Assembly (NCBI RefSeq): GCF_011045215.1
Contig: NZ_CP049201.1
Length of the DNA stretch: 64,000 bases
Strand: one strand, 5' to 3'
From: Escherichia coli
Lineage (GTDB): Bacteria; Pseudomonadota; Gammaproteobacteria; Enterobacterales; Enterobacteriaceae
Of the stretch, positions 1 to 11,432 are shown piece after piece. The stretch's first letter is position 1. The number at the start of each line of letters is the position of its first letter. A program made the position numbers and the translations under genes. The notes beneath the pieces are model-generated. The model was given only the letters and a program-made list of their open reading frames with translations. It was not told where the DNA came from and did not search any database.

Positions 1-576
1 TGTTGGCGACGGCCAGCGCGTTGGTTTCATGCCCGGCGTTGACGGTGCGTTTGAAGTCGCTGGCGGAGATATTGTTTTTGGCGAAGACGTAGTAGCCGGG
101 GACGAGGAAGCCAGAGGTGGAGTTAGGATCGCCATTGCCGAAGGTGAGATCTTTCCGCTTCGCCAGCAGATCGCTCAGGTTGTTGATCGGGCTGTCTTTG
201 TTGACGATTAACACGCTCCAGTAACCCGGCGATCCATCCGCCGCGACGGTCTGAGCGAAGACCTGACCGTTGGCGCGATCCACTGCTTCCATCGCCGACA
301 GGTTGCCGTACCAGGCGATATCCACTTTGTTGAAACGCATTCCCTGGATAATGCCCGCGTAGTCCGGGGCAAAGAAGGCGTTGACCTTCACGCCCAGCTT
401 CTTCTCCATATCCTGTAAAAACGGCGTCCATTGCGGTTTCAGGTTTTGCTGTGATTCCGTTGAAATAATGCCGAAATTCAGCGCCTTTTCCTGCTCTTCG
501 GCGTGCGCCGGGCTAAACAGGGTGCTGAGGCTGAACATGCTGGTGAAGGCCAGCGAGGCAATTATCTTAGCGTTCA
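1..576 (-). CDS. phnD: Phosphonate ABC transporter periplasmic binding protein PhnD, N-terminal 192 codons (C-terminus lies beyond window start)
   Basis: Minus-strand frame from ATG at 574-576 encodes MNAKIIASLAFTSMFSLSTLF..., recognised as PhnD; sits upstream of phnC as in the phn operon. Confidence 0.9.
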
Positions 577-601
577 TTCGTTTTCCTCAATGATGGGGAT
601 G

Positions 602-1390
602 TCAGGCAGCTTTCGCGTTCTCTTCGATGCGATTAATGCTGCGGTAGAGATGGTCAAAACGTTCGTTATCAAACTGTTGGCTGCTGCCGTCGTAGAAGAC
701 GTGCCCCTGGCGCAGGGCGACGATGCGCTCGCAGTAGCGCAGGGCGTAATCCACCTGATGCAGCGTGACGACCACGGTGATGCCGTCGTTCTGGTTGATG
801 TCGCGCAGGGTGTCCATCACGATGCGCGCCGATTCCGGGTCCAGCGAGGCGATCGGTTCGTCGGCGAGAATCACCTTCGCCTGCTGCATTAGCGCGCGGG
901 CAATCGCTACACGCTGTTGCTGACCGCCGGAGAGGGTGGAAACGCGCTGATGGGCAAAATGCACCATGCCAACGCGGGTCAGCGCCTGTAACGCGCGCTG
1001 TTTCTGCTCGCGGGTGAACCAACTAAAACAGGTGCGCCAGAACGGCGTGCTGCCGAGCGCCCCAATCAGCACGTTCTCCAGTACGCTCAGGCGATTCACC
1101 AGGTTGAATTGTTGGAAGATGTAGCCGGTGTTGGCGCGGCTTTTGCGGATATCGTGGGCCAGGCGGCCTTCGCGCTGGACAGTGCGGCCCAGTAGCTCGA
1201 TATGGCTACCGGCGGATTTATCGCCGGTAATCAAACCGCTTAAATGACGTAAAAGGGTGGATTTGCCGGAACCGGACGGCCCCAGCAGAGCCACCATTTC
1301 ACCGTGATGAATGTTCAGATCAACCGCGTGCAGCGCCTGATGCTGATTAAAGGTTTTGGCGAGCTTCTCGACACGGATAATCGTTTGCAT
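602..1390 (-). CDS. phnC: Phosphonate ABC transporter ATP-binding protein PhnC
   Basis: 262-aa ORF with Walker [10 protein letters not shown] and ABC signature LSGGQQQR; recognised PhnC sequence. Confidence 0.95.
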   Translation of the reverse strand: MQTIIRVEKLAKTFNQHQALHAVDLNIHHGEMVALLGPSGSGKSTLLRHLSGLITGDKSAGSHIELLGRTVQREGRLAHDIRKSRANTGYIFQQFNLVNRLSVLENVLIGALGSTPFWRTCFSWFTREQKQRALQALTRVGMVHFAHQRVSTLSGGQQQRVAIARALMQQAKVILADEPIASLDPESARIVMDTLRDINQNDGITVVVTLHQVDYALRYCERIVALRQGHVFYDGSSQQFDNERFDHLYRSINRIEENAKAA

Positions 1391-1522
1391 GATGCAGCCT
1401 CCCTAAAAAAGTGGCTCCATCGTGGCGGATTATTGTGACGATTTGGTTAATTAAAAGTGACTAACAGATGAAGAGTTAACGGGAATTCGATGACAGTGCG
1501 GGAGGGCGGGCCTCCCGGCGGA

Positions 1523-1966
1523 TTATTGCGTTGGTTGTTGTTTGACGACATTAATCATCCACGGTACGCCAAATTTATCGGTGACTTTGCCGAAGCCATG
1601 CGCCCAGAAAGTTTCCTGCCAGGCCATTTCGATTTTTCCGTTGGCTGCAAGATTGTCAAACCAGCGTTTTCCTTCTTCGACCTGTTGCGAATCGAGCACC
1701 AGCGTAAAACCGGAGTAGCTGGCTTTTCCTGACGGTATAGCATCGCTCATCATGATATCGCTTCCGGCAATACGCACATTGGCGTGGGCGATGGCGGTAT
1801 CGGGAAATTGCATTCCGGAAGGGCAGTTCTCGGCGCTGTCCTGCGCTGATTTTGGCATTTCGCCGAAGCTGATTTTATAGAGCAGTTCAGCGCCCAACGT
1901 ACGTTGATAATAAGCAATTGCGTCGGCACAGTTACCGGCAAAAGAGAGGTAGGGACTTAACGGCAT
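1523..1966 (-). CDS. yjdN: YjdN (PhnB-like, glyoxalase/VOC-fold protein)
   Basis: Track ORF 1523-2065; start trimmed to internal Met of MPLSPYLSFAGNCADAIAYYQ, giving 147 aa. Confidence 0.85.
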   Translation of the reverse strand: MPLSPYLSFAGNCADAIAYYQRTLGAELLYKISFGEMPKSAQDSAENCPSGMQFPDTAIAHANVRIAGSDIMMSDAIPSGKASYSGFTLVLDSQQVEEGKRWFDNLAANGKIEMAWQETFWAHGFGKVTDKFGVPWMINVVKQQPTQ

Positions 1967-2028
1967 GATGGTGACCTCAGTTAAGAGAAGCCAGTTAAGT
2001 GTAGTTCGAAATTTGTACAGGTGAGGGG

Positions 2029-2111
<83 letters not shown>

Positions 2112-2124
2112 GATCACAATACAA

Positions 2125-2460
2125 TCAGTTCTTTTTCACGAACTCAGATTTCAGTTTCATCGGACCAAAACCGTCGATTTTGCAATCGATGTTATGGTCG
2201 CCTTCAACCAGGCGGATGTTTTTCACTTTGGTGCCAATTTTCAGCATCGAAGAGCTACCTTTCACCTTCAGATCTTTAATGATGGTAACGCTGTCGCCGT
2301 CAGCCAGCAGATTGCCGTTAGCATCTTTAACGATCAGCTCGTCGCTTTCCTGTGCAGGTTCTGCGTCGTTCCATTCGTAGGCACATTCCGGGCAGATGTA
2401 CATGCCGTTATCTTCGTAGGTGTATTCGGAATTGCATTTTGGGCAGTGTGGTAATGACAT
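2125..2460 (-). CDS. phnA: Alkylphosphonate utilisation protein PhnA (YjdM), zinc-ribbon protein
   Basis: 111-aa protein [30 protein letters not shown]... from ATG at 2458-2460; the longer track ORF is an upstream extension. Confidence 0.9.
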
Positions 2461-2861
2461 GTGGATTTCCTCAAAAGTCAGCAGGGCAAAAGCGCCAAAA
2501 AACGGCAGATTGCCGAAAAAGGCCGCAATTATACACAAAATCCCTGAGTTTGTCGGGGGTACTGCTGATTTTAGACGACGATCGTTTTCATTTGAAAGGA
2601 AACGCAAAAAGAAAATAATCTTTTTGCCTCCATTTATTATTTAAGATAAGGTTAATGCTCTACTTGTTCTTTTTTTTATTCACATGATATTTTTATCTTT
2701 CTGACGTTTTAAACGTATCGGAAGATGTTATTTATTCTAATAAAAAACAACACTCTAAATATAAAATTATTTCTTGCAGTAATTATAAAAGCCGAAAACA
2801 GAACTCAAAAACAATCTGGCTAAATAAAAGTAATAAAATTTGCTTTAAGGAAGAATTTTCT

Positions 2862-5099
2862 ATGTACACACAGACCCTGTATGAGTTAAGTCAGGAGTCT
2901 GAACGCCTGTTACAGCTTTCTCGCCAACAGTTGCAGTTACTGGAAAAAATGCCTCTCTCTGTACCCGGAGACGATGCGCCACAACGGGCTTTACCCTGGA
3001 GTCAGCCTAATATCGCCGAGCGTCACGCGATGCTGAATAATGAGTTGCGTAAAATTTCCCGACTGGAAATGGTGCTGGCGATTGTCGGTACTATGAAAGC
3101 AGGGAAATCAACCACCATTAATGCCATTGTTGGTACGGAGGTACTGCCTAATCGCAATCGCCCAATGACTGCGCTGCCGACGCTTATTCGCCATACGCCC
3201 GGGCAAAAAGAACCGGTACTGCATTTTTCACATGTCGCACCAATCGATTGTTTAATTCAAAAATTACAACAGCGCCTGCGTGATTGCGATATTAAGCATC
3301 TGACCGATGTGCTGGAAATAGATAAAGATATGCGTGCGCTTATGCAGCGGATCGAAAATGGCGTCGCTTTCGAAAAATATTATCTGGGTGCCCAGCCTAT
3401 TTTTCATTGTCTGAAAAGTTTGAATGATTTAGTGCGACTGGCGAAGGCGCTGGACGTCGATTTTCCTTTTTCTGCTTACGCCGCCATTGAGCATATTCCC
3501 GTGATTGAAGTGGAGTTTGTCCATCTGGCGGGGCTGGAGAGTTATCCCGGTCAGTTGACGTTACTGGATACCCCCGGGCCAAATGAAGCCGGGCAACCGC
3601 ATCTGCAAAAAATGCTTAACCAGCAGCTGGCTCGCGCCTCGGCGGTACTGGCGGTGCTGGCGGTGCTGGATTATACGCAACTGAAATCGATCTCCGATGA
3701 AGAGGTCCGTGAGGCGATTTTGGCGGTGGGGCAATCGGTGCCGCTGTATGTGCTGGTCAATAAGTTCGATCAACAGGATCGTAACAGTGACGACGCCGAC
3801 CAGGTGCGGGCACTGATTTCCGGGACGCTGATGAAAGGCTGTATTACGCCACAGCAGATATTTCCGGTGTCGTCGATGTGGGGCTACCTGGCAAATCGGG
3901 CGCGCCATGAGTTAGCCAACAACGGTAAGTTACCAGCGCCAGAGCAACAACGCTGGGTGGAAGATTTTGCCCATGCCGCGCTCGGCAGGCGCTGGCGTCA
4001 TGCCGATCTGGCGGACCTCGAACATATTCGTCATGCTGCCGATCAGTTGTGGGAAGATTCGCTGTTCGCCCAGCCAATTCAGATGTTGCTTCATGCCGCT
4101 TACGCTAACGCCTCGTTGTATGCTCTGCGATCTGCCGCGCATAAACTGTTGAATTACGCGCAGCAGGCGCGGGAATACCTGGATTTTCGTGCGCACGGGT
4201 TAAACGTCGCTTGTGAACAATTGCGGCAAAATATCCACCAGATCGAAGAAAGTTTGCAGCTATTGCAACTCAATCAGGCGCAGGTGAGCGGCGAGATTAA
4301 ACATGAAATCGAGCTGGCCCTGACCTCCGCCAACCACTTTCTGCGTCAACAGCAAGATGCGCTGAAGGTGCAGTTAGCCGCCTTGTTTCAGGATGATTCG
4401 GAGCCGTTAAGCGAGATTCGTACCCGCTGTGAGACACTGTTACAGACGGCGCAGAACACCATCAGTCGCGACTTTACGCTGCGTTTTGCCGAGCTTGAAT
4501 CCACCCTTTGCCGGGTGTTAACCGATGTTATTCGCCCCATTGAGCAACAAGTCAAAATGGAATTGAGCGAGTCAGGGTTTCGTCCTGGGTTTCATTTTCC
4601 TGTTTTTCACGGCGTAGTTCCCCACTTCAACACTCGCCAGCTGTTCAGTGAAGTCATTTCGCGCCAGGAAGCAACGGACGAGCAGAGCACGCGTTTAGGC
4701 GTTGTGCGTGAGACTTTTTCGCGCTGGTTGAATCAGCCTGACTGGGGACGGGGAAATGAGAAATCCCCGACAGAAACGGTTGATTACAGTGTGTTGCAAG
4801 GAGCATTAAGCGCAGAAGTCGATCTTTATTGCCAACAAATGGCTAAAGTTCTGGCAGAGCAGGTCGATGAATCTGTTACGGCAGGCATGAATACTTTTTT
4901 CGCTGAGTTCGCTTCATGTTTGACGGAATTACAGACGCGTTTACGCGAAAGTCTGGCTCTGCGTCAACAAAATGAATCGGTGGTCAGGCTGATGCAACAG
5001 CAATTGCAGCAGACTGTGATGACTCACGGCTGGATTTACACCGACGCTCAGCTGTTACGCGATGATATTCAAACACTTTTCACGGCAGAACGATATTGA
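2862..5099 (+). CDS. crfC: Dynamin-like clamp-binding sister replication fork colocalisation protein CrfC (YjdA)
   Basis: 745-aa ORF with P-loop GTMKAGKST; recognised YjdA/CrfC sequence. Confidence 0.92.
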   Translation: MYTQTLYELSQESERLLQLSRQQLQLLEKMPLSVPGDDAPQRALPWSQPNIAERHAMLNNELRKISRLEMVLAIVGTMKAGKSTTINAIVGTEVLPNRNRPMTALPTLIRHTPGQKEPVLHFSHVAPIDCLIQKLQQRLRDCDIKHLTDVLEIDKDMRALMQRIENGVAFEKYYLGAQPIFHCLKSLNDLVRLAKALDVDFPFSAYAAIEHIPVIEVEFVHLAGLESYPGQLTLLDTPGPNEAGQPHLQKMLNQQLARASAVLAVLAVLDYTQLKSISDEEVREAILAVGQSVPLYVLVNKFDQQDRNSDDADQVRALISGTLMKGCITPQQIFPVSSMWGYLANRARHELANNGKLPAPEQQRWVEDFAHAALGRRWRHADLADLEHIRHAADQLWEDSLFAQPIQMLLHAAYANASLYALRSAAHKLLNYAQQAREYLDFRAHGLNVACEQLRQNIHQIEESLQLLQLNQAQVSGEIKHEIELALTSANHFLRQQQDALKVQLAALFQDDSEPLSEIRTRCETLLQTAQNTISRDFTLRFAELESTLCRVLTDVIRPIEQQVKMELSESGFRPGFHFPVFHGVVPHFNTRQLFSEVISRQEATDEQSTRLGVVRETFSRWLNQPDWGRGNEKSPTETVDYSVLQGALSAEVDLYCQQMAKVLAEQVDESVTAGMNTFFAEFASCLTELQTRLRESLALRQQNESVVRLMQQQLQQTVMTHGWIYTDAQLLRDDIQTLFTAERY

Positions 5100-5974
5100 C
5101 CAAGACGTTACTGGACGGCCCCGGTCGCGTGCTGGAGTCGGTTTATCCCCGCTTTTTAGTGGATCTGGCGCAGGGCGATGATGCCCGCCTTCCACAAGCC
5201 CATCAGCAGCAGTTTCGTGAACGACTGATGCAGGAACTTCTTGCGCGCGTGCAGCTTCAGACATGGACGAACGGCGGCATGTTAAATGCGCCGCTTAGCC
5301 TGCGTCTGACATTGGTGGAAAAACTGGCGTCGATGCTGGATCCCGGTCATCTGGCACTGACGCAGATCGCGCAGCATCTGGCGCTGCTGCAAAAAATGGA
5401 TTACCGCCAGCACTCTGCTTTCCCGGAGCTCCCCCAGCAAATTGCCGCCTTGTATGAGTGGTTTTCAGCCCGTTGTCGCTGGAAGGAAAAGGCGTTAACG
5501 CAACGAGGCCTACTGGTGCAGGCGGGTGAACAGAGCGAGCAAATTTTTACCCGCTGGCGTGCTGGGGCGTATAACGCCTGGTCGTTACCTGGGCGCTGTT
5601 TTATCGTTCTCGAAGAGTTGCGTTGGGGGGCATTTGGCGATGCCTGTCGTCTGGGAAGCCCGCAAGCGGTGGCGTTGTTGCTGGGTGATTTGCGCGTGAA
5701 AGCGACACAACATCTGGCAGAGAGTATCAATGCGGCCCCGACCACGCGTCACTATTACCATCAGTGGTTTGCCTCTTCGACCGTTCCGACGGGCGGGGAT
5801 CATGCTGATTTTTTAAGTTGGCTGGGAAAGTGGACCACGGCAGATAAACAACCCGTTTGCTGGTCAGTGACCCAACGCTGGCAAACTGTCGCGCTGGGGA
5901 TGCCACGACTCTGTTCAGCGCAGCGTCTGGCGGGGGCAATGCTCGAGGAAATCTTCTCTGTAAATTTGGTGTAA
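5096..5974 (+). CDS. yjcZ: YjcZ, conserved protein co-transcribed with crfC
   Basis: 292-aa ORF overlapping the crfC stop by 4 nt; recognised YjcZ sequence. Confidence 0.88.
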   Translation: MTKTLLDGPGRVLESVYPRFLVDLAQGDDARLPQAHQQQFRERLMQELLARVQLQTWTNGGMLNAPLSLRLTLVEKLASMLDPGHLALTQIAQHLALLQKMDYRQHSAFPELPQQIAALYEWFSARCRWKEKALTQRGLLVQAGEQSEQIFTRWRAGAYNAWSLPGRCFIVLEELRWGAFGDACRLGSPQAVALLLGDLRVKATQHLAESINAAPTTRHYYHQWFASSTVPTGGDHADFLSWLGKWTTADKQPVCWSVTQRWQTVALGMPRLCSAQRLAGAMLEEIFSVNLV

Positions 5975-6237
5975 ATAATCAGTTACATCAATGAGTCCTA
6001 AACGAAATCCATGTGTGAAGTTGATCACAAATTTAAACGCTGGTAGGGTAAAAAGGTCATTAACTGCCCAATTCAGGCGTCAACTGGTTTGATTGTACAT
6101 TCCTTAACCGGAGGGTGTAAGCAAACCCGCTACGCTTGTTACAGAGATTGCATCCTGCAATTCCCGCTCCCCTTTTGCGGCCGTCGCGCTGATTTTTCTG
6201 GCGTTTGCGGAAATGGGCCAACTCTGCGAGGAAAGCT

Positions 6238-7740
6238 ATGCTGAAAAGGAAAAAAGTAAAACCGATTACCCTTCGTGATGTCACCATTATTGATGACGGT
6301 AAACTGCGTAAAGCCATTACCGCAGCATCACTGGGTAATGCAATGGAATGGTTTGATTTTGGTGTTTATGGTTTTGTTGCTTACGCATTAGGTAAAGTTT
6401 TTTTCCCGGGGGCTGACCCCAGCGTGCAGATGGTTGCTGCACTTGCCACTTTCTCCGTTCCCTTTCTGATTCGACCGCTTGGCGGACTCTTCTTTGGTAT
6501 GTTGGGCGATAAATATGGTCGCCAGAAGATCCTCGCTATCACTATTGTGATTATGTCGATCAGTACGTTCTGTATTGGCTTAATACCGTCCTACGACACG
6601 ATTGGTATTTGGGCACCGATTCTGCTGTTGATCTGTAAGATGGCACAAGGTTTCTCGGTCGGCGGTGAATATACCGGGGCGTCGATATTTGTTGCGGAAT
6701 ACTCCCCTGACCGTAAACGTGGCTTTATGGGCAGCTGGCTGGACTTCGGTTCTATTGCCGGGTTTGTGCTGGGTGCGGGCGTGGTGGTGTTAATTTCGAC
6801 CATTGTCGGCGAAGCGAACTTCCTCGACTGGGGCTGGCGTATTCCGTTCTTTATTGCTCTGCCGTTAGGGATTATCGGGCTTTACCTGCGCCATGCGCTG
6901 GAAGAAACTCCGGCGTTCCAGCAGCATGTTGATAAACTGGAACAGGGCGACCGCGAAGGTTTGCAGGATGGCCCGAAAGTCTCGTTTAAAGAGATTGCCA
7001 CTAAATACTGGCGCAGCCTGTTGACATGTATTGGTCTGGTAATTGCCACCAACGTGACTTACTACATGTTGCTGACCTATATGCCGAGTTATTTGTCGCA
7101 TAACCTGCATTACTCCGAAGACCACGGGGTGCTGATTATTATCGCCATTATGATCGGTATGCTGTTTGTCCAGCCGGTGATGGGCTTGCTGAGTGACCGT
7201 TTTGGCCGTCGTCCGTTTGTGCTACTTGGTAGTGTTGCACTGTTTGTGTTGGCGATCCCGGCGTTTATTCTGATTAACAGTAACGTCATCGGCCTGATTT
7301 TTGCCGGGTTACTGATGCTGGCGGTGATCCTTAACTGCTTTACGGGCGTTATGGCTTCTACCTTGCCAGCGATGTTCCCGACGCATATCCGTTACAGCGC
7401 GCTGGCGGCGGCATTTAATATTTCGGTGTTGGTTGCCGGTCTGACGCCAACACTGGCGGCCTGGCTGGTCGAAAGCTCGCAGAATCTGATGATGCCAGCC
7501 TATTACCTGATGGTAGTGGCGGTGGTTGGTTTAATCACCGGCGTAACCATGAAAGAGACGGCAAATCGTCCGTTGAAAGGTGCAACACCGGCGGCGTCAG
7601 ATATACAGGAAGCGAAGGAAATTCTCGTCGAGCATTACGATAATATCGAGCAGAAAATCGATGATATTGACCACGAGATTGCCGATTTGCAGGCGAAACG
7701 TACCCGCCTGGTGCAGCAACATCCGCGAATTGATGAATAA
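6238..7740 (+). CDS. proP: Proline/glycine-betaine:H+ symporter ProP (MFS osmosensor)
   Basis: 500-aa protein starting MLKRKKVKPITLRDV at ATG 6238; C-terminal coiled-coil HEIADLQAKRTRLVQQHPRIDE. Confidence 0.95.
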   Translation: MLKRKKVKPITLRDVTIIDDGKLRKAITAASLGNAMEWFDFGVYGFVAYALGKVFFPGADPSVQMVAALATFSVPFLIRPLGGLFFGMLGDKYGRQKILAITIVIMSISTFCIGLIPSYDTIGIWAPILLLICKMAQGFSVGGEYTGASIFVAEYSPDRKRGFMGSWLDFGSIAGFVLGAGVVVLISTIVGEANFLDWGWRIPFFIALPLGIIGLYLRHALEETPAFQQHVDKLEQGDREGLQDGPKVSFKEIATKYWRSLLTCIGLVIATNVTYYMLLTYMPSYLSHNLHYSEDHGVLIIIAIMIGMLFVQPVMGLLSDRFGRRPFVLLGSVALFVLAIPAFILINSNVIGLIFAGLLMLAVILNCFTGVMASTLPAMFPTHIRYSALAAAFNISVLVAGLTPTLAAWLVESSQNLMMPAYYLMVVAVVGLITGVTMKETANRPLKGATPAASDIQEAKEILVEHYDNIEQKIDDIDHEIADLQAKRTRLVQQHPRIDE

Positions 7741-7854
7741 GCTGAAACGGATGGCCTGATGTGACGCTGTCTTATCAGACCAACAATTGAACTCTTAAGG
7801 TTCACTTAATCTCTGCCGCGCATACTCTGCTCCAGGTTAACGGAGGAGAGTGCA

Positions 7855-7944
7855 ATGAAAAACCGTGTTTATGAAAGTTTAACTACCGTGTTCAGCGTGC
7901 TGGTGGTCAGCAGCTTTCTTTATATCTGGTTTGCCACGTACTGA
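7855..7944 (+). CDS. pmrR: Small membrane protein PmrR (29 aa)
   Basis: ATG at 7855 preceded by ggaggagag; encodes MKNRVYESLTTVFSVLVVSSFLYIWFATY; its 3' end overlaps the convergent basS 3' end; below the length cut-off of the ORF track. Confidence 0.85.
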   Translation: MKNRVYESLTTVFSVLVVSSFLYIWFATY

Positions 7945-9011
7945 TCTTTCTTCAGCCGTATCCAGGCGCGCGTGCCAGAAGTCTCTTGCCGGTTTTGCAG
8001 GAAAAACTGCCCGTGATGCAACTGTGTAATGCGGCTGACAATACTTAACCCCAGACCAATCCCGCCATAACGGCTGTCCATACGTACAAACGCTTTACTC
8101 AACTCCCCGCATTTACTCTCATCAATACCCGGTCCTTCATCTTCAACGGCCATGACGGCTCCGCCATCTTCTTGCAGCTTAATCATAATGTTGCTGCCTT
8201 GCGGGCTGTAACGATGGGCATTTTCTACCAGATTTCGCAATAACATCCGCAGCAGGGTTGCATCACCCTGAACGGTGATGTCGGCGGCGCTCTCTGGCAA
8301 TAGCAGGGTTTGCTGGCGCTGGTCGAGCATAGTACTGAGTTCGTCATACGAGGGGAGAATGACATCTTCCAGCAGTTTTACATGTTGATAATTACCGGAA
8401 GAAAATGACTGTCCGGCACGCGCCAGTTGCAGCAGCTGGGAGACGCTCTCCATCATCTGATCAAGCCGTGCCACTAACGGTGCTACATCAATGTGATGCG
8501 TTTTCGCCAGCAGTTCCAGATGCAAACGCACCCCCGCCAGTGGCGTTCGCAGTTCGTGCGCGACGTCAGCGGTAAATAACCTTTCGTTATCCAGCGTGCT
8601 GGTCAGGCGACTGACCAGATCGTTCAACGCCGAAACCACCGCTTCGATTTCGAGGGTGGCGCTGTGAATGGCAATGGGCGTTAAGTTGTCGGCGGTGCGC
8701 GCTTCCAGCTCTTTTTGCAGCTCCGCCAGCGGGCGGGTGATGCGGCGTACCGCCTGATAGCAGATAAATAGCGTCAGGCTGACCATAAAGACGCCGGGGA
8801 CAATCAGGCTGGCGACCGCCTCGCGGATCTCACGCATGATGTGGCGATCGTTGTTGCGATTGTCGCGTAGCGCCTGCTCAAACAGCTGAATCTGCTCGGT
8901 ACTTTCATGCCATAGCCAGAAGACGCTGATCAGCTCAAACACCAACAAAATGGCCCCGATGGTCAATATCAGCCGTTGGCGCAGCGATATTGGTCGGCGC
9001 AGAAAACGCAT
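7920..9011 (-). CDS. basS: Sensor histidine kinase BasS (PmrB)
   Basis: Recognised BasS sequence with H-box HELRTPL and ATPase G-boxes; start set at MRFLRR (363 aa), upstream ATG at 9020 is an alternative. Confidence 0.93.
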   Translation of the reverse strand: MRFLRRPISLRQRLILTIGAILLVFELISVFWLWHESTEQIQLFEQALRDNRNNDRHIMREIREAVASLIVPGVFMVSLTLFICYQAVRRITRPLAELQKELEARTADNLTPIAIHSATLEIEAVVSALNDLVSRLTSTLDNERLFTADVAHELRTPLAGVRLHLELLAKTHHIDVAPLVARLDQMMESVSQLLQLARAGQSFSSGNYQHVKLLEDVILPSYDELSTMLDQRQQTLLLPESAADITVQGDATLLRMLLRNLVENAHRYSPQGSNIMIKLQEDGGAVMAVEDEGPGIDESKCGELSKAFVRMDSRYGGIGLGLSIVSRITQLHHGQFFLQNRQETSGTRAWIRLKKDQYVANQI

Positions 9012-9020
9012 CAGATTCAA

Positions 9021-9689
9021 TTAGTTTTCCTCATTCGCGACAAGCATATAGCCAAAGCCGCGCACGGTGCGGATACGGGCTTTGCCCACTTTGTCGCGCA
9101 GATTGTGGATATGCACTTCCAGGGTGTTGGTCGAGGGTTCATTGTCCCAGTTATAGATGTCGTTGTAGAGAATTTCCCGATGCACCGGACTGCCTGCTTT
9201 GAGCATTAACCGTGACAGCAGAGCATATTCTTTGGGCGTCAGAATCAACTCTTCACCGCCCATCCATACCTGACGGCGACCCATGTTCAGCGTCAGATTG
9301 CCAACAATCAGCTCACTTTCGCCCTGATTATTATGGCGTCGTAGCAGGGCGCGGATACGGGCGTGTAACTCTTCCAGTGCAAAAGGCTTCACCAGATAGT
9401 CATCGGCACCGACATCCAGCCCGGCGATTTTGTCAGTCAGCGTATCGCGAGCGGTGAGGATCAGTACCGGCAGGGTATATTTTTTCTGCCGGATACGGGC
9501 GAGAAAATGCAGTCCATCTTCGTCGGGTAACCCTAAATCCAGTACCACCAGGCTGTAATGACCTGCCTCAAGGCTTTGTTCCGCCATCCGCGCGGTTGTC
9601 ACGCCATCGCACGCGTAGCCTTCGGTTTGCGCCGCCAGAATCAGTCCCTGCAATAACAGCGTATCGTCTTCAACAATCAGAATTTTCAT
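9021..9689 (-). CDS. basR: Response regulator BasR (PmrA), OmpR family
   Basis: 222-aa [19 protein letters not shown]... with receiver and winged-helix domains. Confidence 0.95.
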   Translation of the reverse strand: MKILIVEDDTLLLQGLILAAQTEGYACDGVTTARMAEQSLEAGHYSLVVLDLGLPDEDGLHFLARIRQKKYTLPVLILTARDTLTDKIAGLDVGADDYLVKPFALEELHARIRALLRRHNNQGESELIVGNLTLNMGRRQVWMGGEELILTPKEYALLSRLMLKAGSPVHREILYNDIYNWDNEPSTNTLEVHIHNLRDKVGKARIRTVRGFGYMLVANEEN

Positions 9690-11329
9690 TCACTCACTCT
9701 CCTGCAAGTTTGCAGAATATCATCCGCAGCCTGGTAATACTTCGTCTCAACGCCAGTTAATCCCAATAGCGTGGAGAATAAATTGTCTTGTGAATAGTGT
9801 TGCGTTTGCGCCTGTTTTTGCAGACAGTTCTGGTCAACCTGATACCGTTTTTGATAATCCTCCGACAGCCACAGCAGCATCGGCACCTGTTTTTGGCTAT
9901 CCGGGGCGATGGCATAAGGCAGACCGTGCAGATAGATGCCATTTTCACCTAACGATTCACCGTGGTCAGAAAGATAAACCAGGCTGGTGGTAAATTTATC
10001 CTGATGTTCTTTCAGCAGATTAATCGCTTTATCAACAATATAGTCGACGTAAACCAGCGTGTTGTCGTAAGTGTTCACCAGTTGCTCTTTGGTACAGGTC
10101 TGGATCTCATTGGTGTCGCAGGTTGGGGTAAATTTCCTGAACTGCGGCGGATAGCGGTTGTAATAGGTCGGACCGTGGCTGCCGATGGTGTGTAAGACAA
10201 TCACGCCATCACCCTGCAGGTTATTGATGTACTCTTCCAGCCCGTGGAACAGCACTTCGTCATAGCATTCGCCGTTGATGCACTGATCAGGCAGATTCAG
10301 CGCGGTGACATTCTGGTGAGGCACGCGGTCGCAGGCACCTTTACAGCCGCCATCGTTGTCATTCCACAGCACGTTGATGCCCGCTCGCTGAATGATATCC
10401 AGCACGCCTTCCTGGTGCTGTGCCAGCTCTTCTTTGTAGTGCTCTCGCGGCATATCCGAGAACATGCACGGTACTGAAACTGCCGTTGCCGTGCCGCAAG
10501 ATGCGGTATTAGGGAAATAGACCACGTTATCTTTCGCCAGCCGCGGGTTAGTTTCACGCGGGTAGCCGTTGAGGGAGAAGTTCTCCGCCCGCGAGGTTTC
10601 GCCGACAATCAGGATGGTCAAATTTTTACGTTTTTCGTTCTGCATTAACGGGTTGCGGTGCGCGTCTTCACCAATTCGCACCAGCGGCAGATTTGCCAGT
10701 CGCTGATGGGAGTACCATGACCAGCTGGCAACAATGCTGTTAGAGGGGCTTAAGGACTTCACCAGCTCTTTGTTGTTGCGGAACAACGAGGCGTAGTCTT
10801 TATAAAATAGTGCGGCGACCAGCAAAATCAGCAGTACAGAAACCAGAATATTGGCTCCACGGAAAAGAACACTGCGCAGACGCGAGGTGGCAGGTTTGAT
10901 TTTAATCCAGCAGGCAATCAGCGCAGCAAGCACGCCGCTGAATCCCAGCGTTAATAACATTTGCGGTGTCATCAGCGCATAGCTTTCTGCCGGAGTGGTA
11001 TCAATAATATTGGCAATCATCGAGCGGTCGATGACGATGCCGTAAGTCATTATGAAATATTGTGCAGCCGCGCCAACCAGAATAAACAGGCAGGCCAGCG
11101 GTCGATTAAGCCATAAGAAAGAGCTTAGTGTCAGGACAATATTAATCACGCTGAAGGCGACGACCGGCATCGACAAGAAAACCAGTACGTTATGCAGCGA
11201 GTCCAGCGGCAGCGCCTGCAACACCTGTTTAAAAAAGGCAATATTCAGGCAGATAGAGATATAAAAAGCGGCCAACAATAGCCAGGCGAGTAAATTCAAA
11301 GAGGGTCTTTTTAGTAGGCGCTTCAACAT
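9686..11329 (-). CDS. eptA: Lipid A phosphoethanolamine transferase EptA (PmrC)
   Basis: Track ORF 9686-11374; start trimmed to [18 protein letters not shown] (547 aa); overlaps basR start, operon eptA-basRS. Confidence 0.93.
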   Translation of the reverse strand: MLKRLLKRPSLNLLAWLLLAAFYISICLNIAFFKQVLQALPLDSLHNVLVFLSMPVVAFSVINIVLTLSSFLWLNRPLACLFILVGAAAQYFIMTYGIVIDRSMIANIIDTTPAESYALMTPQMLLTLGFSGVLAALIACWIKIKPATSRLRSVLFRGANILVSVLLILLVAALFYKDYASLFRNNKELVKSLSPSNSIVASWSWYSHQRLANLPLVRIGEDAHRNPLMQNEKRKNLTILIVGETSRAENFSLNGYPRETNPRLAKDNVVYFPNTASCGTATAVSVPCMFSDMPREHYKEELAQHQEGVLDIIQRAGINVLWNDNDGGCKGACDRVPHQNVTALNLPDQCINGECYDEVLFHGLEEYINNLQGDGVIVLHTIGSHGPTYYNRYPPQFRKFTPTCDTNEIQTCTKEQLVNTYDNTLVYVDYIVDKAINLLKEHQDKFTTSLVYLSDHGESLGENGIYLHGLPYAIAPDSQKQVPMLLWLSEDYQKRYQVDQNCLQKQAQTQHYSQDNLFSTLLGLTGVETKYYQAADDILQTCRRVSE

Positions 11330-11432
11330 CACGGTGTTTCCATCGAACAAAGTGCGCATATGCTCGCAAAGCAAAATTAAGCCAACCTTAAGTTCTTAAG
11401 GTTGGCTTTTATCTTTGCTGGATTAAGGGGAA

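Noticed and set aside
669-1022. 117-aa minus-strand ORF rich in Arg, Pro and His
   Set aside because: Alternative frame inside phnC; composition is not protein-like
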